Of a stretch of 64,000 bases of DNA, positions 60,967 to 64,000 are shown one piece after another. Where the stretch lies: the NCBI GenBank assembly GCA_964534555.1, contig CAZHRK010000003.1, positions 72,627 to 136,626 of the forward strand, read 5' to 3'. The notes beneath the pieces were generated by a model that saw only the letters and a program-made list of their open reading frames with translations, was not told where the DNA came from and searched no databases. The DNA is from an uncultured Pseudomonadota bacterium (GTDB lineage: Bacteria > Babelota > Babeliae > Babelales > RVW-14). Each line of letters starts with the position of its first letter. The first letter of the stretch is position 1. The position numbers and the translations under genes were made by a program.

Positions 60967-62187
60967 TTAAATCTTTGTAAAATCGATTTTACGTATTGGT
61001 TTTACTACAAAATCAGGTTTTTCAAGGATACCATAACTTTCAACTTCCAGCACTACCTTCTTTCCGCCAAGAGCGCGCAGAGGCCCAAGATTCATTTTGC
61101 GTGTATTATCAAGAAGTTCATAGGTTGCCGCTTTTGCAAGCTCAAGCTCAGACTCCCCAAAAATCCCTAGATATCCCCGCACATAGGACTGATCTCGTTG
61201 CGTTACGATTGTGTCAACATCGATAACCCCTACTTGATTTGGTTCGACTCTGATAATAGGGGTTTTATCAAATCGCCACACAGCCATATCATCTTTATCT
61301 TCTGTAGCTCCAAGCCAGCTGCCTTTTGCTTTTTTCATATAAATAAAACCACAGACATAGAGCGGTACGCCTGTTTTGTTTTCAACAGCAAAATCAAGCT
61401 CTCGGGTTGAGGCTACTTGTTCTTTCTGATCATTTTTTTCAAAATCGTATTCTACAAACTCGCCTTTAAAACCATAGGTTTCAACATGCAGCGTCACGGT
61501 TTTATTTTTTAGGGCAATAAGTTTATCAAGATCGAGTTTGAATCGATCTTCTGTTAGCTCATATGTTGCTTTTTCAGCTTGTTCGTATGATGGGAAAACC
61601 CCTAGATACCCAAAGACATTTTTTCTGTCTTGCTCATTTTCGATACTATTAATATCAATTGTTTGAGTACTATTATTTTTTAGCACATAGACAGGGCTTT
61701 TGTACCATCCCCATCGTGCAAAATCCCTACGGCGCAGATACGCAAAACATGTGACGTAAACAGTTTTACCTGTTTTATTAAGTACATCAAAATCAAGTTC
61801 ACGTGAGCTTTTTGAGCTCAGCACAGATGACGGTCTTATTTTTTTGATCGTGCCTTTTGACTCTTTTTCAGCTCGAGCGAGCTTAACTTGGAGGCGTGCT
61901 TTTTTCTTAGCCTTTTTTGGTTCAGGTTTTTCCGGCGCACTCGTTTCTAGTATTTTGGGTTGTTTCTTTTCTGGTGCGTCGTCAAAATCAGGCATGTCAC
62001 CGAGTTCTGTAAGCATGAGCGCTTTAAAGGCATCTCGTGCGCCTGTGTCTGCAGTTGTGCTCGTTAATTGTAGTTGTTGGGGTGCTTCTGGTATTTCTTG
62101 AACCACTGCGAGTTCTTCGACTGCTGCTCTTATTGGATCTGAAACAAATACAACTGATAGCGCCAACACAAATAATTTGAACTTCAT
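60967..62187 (-). CDS. Secreted protein with a Lys/Pro/Glu-rich linker and two copies of an unknown domain of about 125-135 aa
   Basis: Signal peptide MKFKLFVLALSVVFVSDPIRA. The internal duplication is detailed in the repeat feature. It ends 2 nt before the rsmH start. Confidence 0.7.
   Translation of the reverse strand: MKFKLFVLALSVVFVSDPIRAAVEELAVVQEIPEAPQQLQLTSTTADTGARDAFKALMLTELGDMPDFDDAPEKKQPKILETSAPEKPEPKKAKKKARLQVKLARAEKESKGTIKKIRPSSVLSSKSSRELDFDVLNKTGKTVYVTCFAYLRRRDFARWGWYKSPVYVLKNNSTQTIDINSIENEQDRKNVFGYLGVFPSYEQAEKATYELTEDRFKLDLDKLIALKNKTVTLHVETYGFKGEFVEYDFEKNDQKEQVASTRELDFAVENKTGVPLYVCGFIYMKKAKGSWLGATEDKDDMAVWRFDKTPIIRVEPNQVGVIDVDTIVTQRDQSYVRGYLGIFGESELELAKAATYELLDNTRKMNLGPLRALGGKKVVLEVESYGILEKPDFVVKPIRKIDFTKI
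61000..61806 (-). repeat. Internal domain duplication (aa 128-248 and 261-396 of the 406-aa protein)
   Basis: RELDFDVLNKTGKTVYVTCFAY...VFGYLGVFPSYEQAEKATYELTEDRFKLDL...KTVTLHVETYG aligns with RELDFAVENKTGVPLYVCGFIY...VRGYLGIFGESELELAKAATYELLDNTRKMNL...KKVVLEVESYG. Confidence 0.85.
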
Positions 62188-62321
62188 AATACTTATCTCC
62201 AGCCGATACCTTTAATGAGCACGGGTTTTGCGAGCTTTTTATTATGTATGTCCAGAAGAGTAGGGCGTTGGTAGTGTCTTATGTTTGATTATTGCCAAAC
62301 AATCGTCCGAACTTCTCAATT

Positions 62322-63752
62322 CTAAGCTGATAGCACGGCCTGTTCAATAGCTTTAATTTTTTGTGCAAGCGAAACGTCATTCTTGAGCAATAAATCAACC
62401 TTGCCCAGCGCATGAATTACTGTTGAGTGGTCACGACCACCAATAAAGCTCCCAATCACTTGGAGTGAGCATGAGCTATGTTTTTTCATCATATAAAATG
62501 CTATCTGACGTATGGTTGCGATATCTTGGTGCCGCTTCTTGGATTTAATATCCTGAATCGAAACATCAAAATGATCAGCCACAATTTTGAGTATAACATC
62601 AAGCATGATGCCTTCTCTGCGCGGTTCATTGAGTGTGAGCAGTACCTTGCGCGCCATTTCTATCGACACGGGCTGATTGGTCAGCGCTGAAAACGCGCCA
62701 ACGCGAACGAGCGAACCCTCAAGCTCACGTATATTTGAAATAACGCGGGATGCGATAAATTCAGCAACATCGTCTGGAAGGTTGATTTTATTCTGGTCGG
62801 CTTTTTTCTTTAAAATAGCCATTTTTGTCTCTGTGTCTGGCGTTTGAATATCAGCAACAAGTCCCCACTCCATACGAGATTTAAGTCTGTTTTGAAGCCC
62901 GACAATCTCTTTGGGAAAGGTGTCGCTTGAGAGCACGATCTGTTTTTGTTGCTCATAAAGGACATTAAAGATATGAAAAAATGTCTCTTGAGTTTGCTCT
63001 TTATTTGATAAGAACTGAATATCATCAAATAAAATGATATCGACTTTTGCATAGCGCGTTCTGAACAGATGTGATTTATCAAATCTAATTGAGTTTATAA
63101 ACTCATTAATAAAATTATCAGATGTTTCGTACCGCACTACGGCTTCAGGATTATTCTTTTTGACTTCATTACCAATAGCGTGCAGAAGGTGCGTTTTGCC
63201 AAGTCCCGTACCACCATAAATATACAGTGGGTTATACACTTTACCCAGATTTTCACATATTGCGTATGCAGCGGCATGCGCAAGTGAGTTGCTTGGTCCA
63301 ACAACAAAATTTTCAAATCGATACGCAGGATTAATATTTGAGCCGTTTCTTTGTTGGCTCTTGCGATCCATGACCAGCTCTTCAGACTTTTGTGGAATGA
63401 TAGTCGGTGCGGTCTGGCGATGGTGTTGCTGAGGTACAGCTTCATCTCCCATGCTGTGGAGCACTGATGCAGGAATAATTGTTCTGGGTCTTTGAACTTC
63501 GGGCTGCGTTGCAGATACAAACTCAAGCTTTGGTTGCTGAGTATTGAGTAAGCGTCCAAGGTGCCGCTTGAGTAGCTCTGTATAGTGCTCTTGGATCCAG
63601 CGGCTTACAAATTGATTTGGTACACGCAGGGTTGCAATATTGTTTTCTTGGTCCCATCGTTCGAGCAACACAGCCTTGAACCATGTCTCAACGACTTGGC
63701 TTCCAGCTTCTTCTTTGATGATTTTTAAAAACTCATCCCAAATTAGTTGCAC
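62322..63752 (-). CDS. dnaA: Chromosomal replication initiator protein DnaA
   Basis: GGTGLGKTHLLHAIGNE (Walker A), ILFDDIQFL (Walker B), and the C-terminal DNA-binding helix ...IGGRDHSTVIHA. GTG start at 63752. Confidence 0.95.
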   Translation of the reverse strand: MQLIWDEFLKIIKEEAGSQVVETWFKAVLLERWDQENNIATLRVPNQFVSRWIQEHYTELLKRHLGRLLNTQQPKLEFVSATQPEVQRPRTIIPASVLHSMGDEAVPQQHHRQTAPTIIPQKSEELVMDRKSQQRNGSNINPAYRFENFVVGPSNSLAHAAAYAICENLGKVYNPLYIYGGTGLGKTHLLHAIGNEVKKNNPEAVVRYETSDNFINEFINSIRFDKSHLFRTRYAKVDIILFDDIQFLSNKEQTQETFFHIFNVLYEQQKQIVLSSDTFPKEIVGLQNRLKSRMEWGLVADIQTPDTETKMAILKKKADQNKINLPDDVAEFIASRVISNIRELEGSLVRVGAFSALTNQPVSIEMARKVLLTLNEPRREGIMLDVILKIVADHFDVSIQDIKSKKRHQDIATIRQIAFYMMKKHSSCSLQVIGSFIGGRDHSTVIHALGKVDLLLKNDVSLAQKIKAIEQAVLSA

Positions 63753-63845
63753 GATATCCTTGATTATATGCTACACCTGTTTTGGTGTACTTGCAGTCCC
63801 CGCCTTATGTGCTGGGTAGTATAACAAACGAAACGGATATTGAGT

Positions 63846-64000
63846 ATGCACTTTACACAATTCATGCAAACTTCTAAAACATTTTTGCTGCTTGGCCTTT
63901 TTTTGGTTACTGCATGCGCAAAGAAAAAACAAACAACGCGCCCAGAGCACTACCTTAAGCGTGCGTATGCGGTGCTTGATGATCAATCGCCGCAGGCATT
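63846..64000 (+). CDS. 5' end of a lipoprotein gene (partial, runs off the right edge)
   Basis: MHFTQFMQTSKTFLLLGLFLVTAC|AKKKQ... has a lipobox-like LVTAC. The frame stays open to the window end. It is not listed in the ORF track because it is unterminated. Confidence 0.6.
   Translation, partial: MHFTQFMQTSKTFLLLGLFLVTACAKKKQTTRPEHYLKRAYAVLDDQSPQA

Noticed and set aside
63771-63986. A 71-aa minus-strand ORF upstream of dnaA.
   Set aside because: The opposite strand encodes a much more convincing open-ended lipoprotein precursor, with signal peptide plus LVTAC lipobox, from 63846. The minus-strand product is Cys/Arg/Lys-rich with no start context.

Overview
This is a 64-kb chromosomal window from a moderately AT-rich diderm (Gram-negative type) bacterium. 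I call about 50 protein genes and 3 tRNAs (Leu-GAG, Met-CAU, Gln-UUG). I saw no rRNA, CRISPR array, transposase or integrase. Recognisable housekeeping genes: ssb (3' end), folA-thyA, rnpA-yidD, argS-lepA-hspR, secD, plsY, an ATP-dependent DNA ligase, hldE, murD-ftsW, an ABC-2 exporter pair, spoVG, lpxA/Gfo-Idh-MocA/lpxI, rsmH and dnaA. A TolC-like protein, two beta-barrel-like outer-membrane proteins, a GT9 heptosyltransferase and an M16 peptidase are also present. Between these lie many lineage-specific genes for signal-peptide-bearing proteins with no family I can name. (1) A roughly 2,640-aa secreted helical-repeat protein (163-8118) carries 2.5 nearly identical 711-bp tandem repeats. (2) A block at 20.6-29.5 kb encodes two tandem paralogous secreted proteins, a roughly 1,530-aa beta-rich protein with three 154-aa repeats and an 11-residue microrepeat, a tiny poly-acidic secreted protein and a divergent outer-membrane protein. 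This block is my best candidate for an undescribed cell-surface or host-interaction system. (3) There are three ankyrin-like proteins with signal peptides. Two are a diverged tandem duplicate that left a relic of the lpxI 3' end. The third ends in a eukaryote-type CaaX box (CCTIS). (4) An operon encodes a divergent hexulose-phosphate-synthase-like enzyme, a coiled-coil protein and two signal-anchored GT4 glycosyltransferases, divergent from hldE. The ankyrin and CaaX features suggest a host-associated or intracellular lifestyle, but that is inference. All calls come from reading the supplied translations and sequence by eye; no database search was run.
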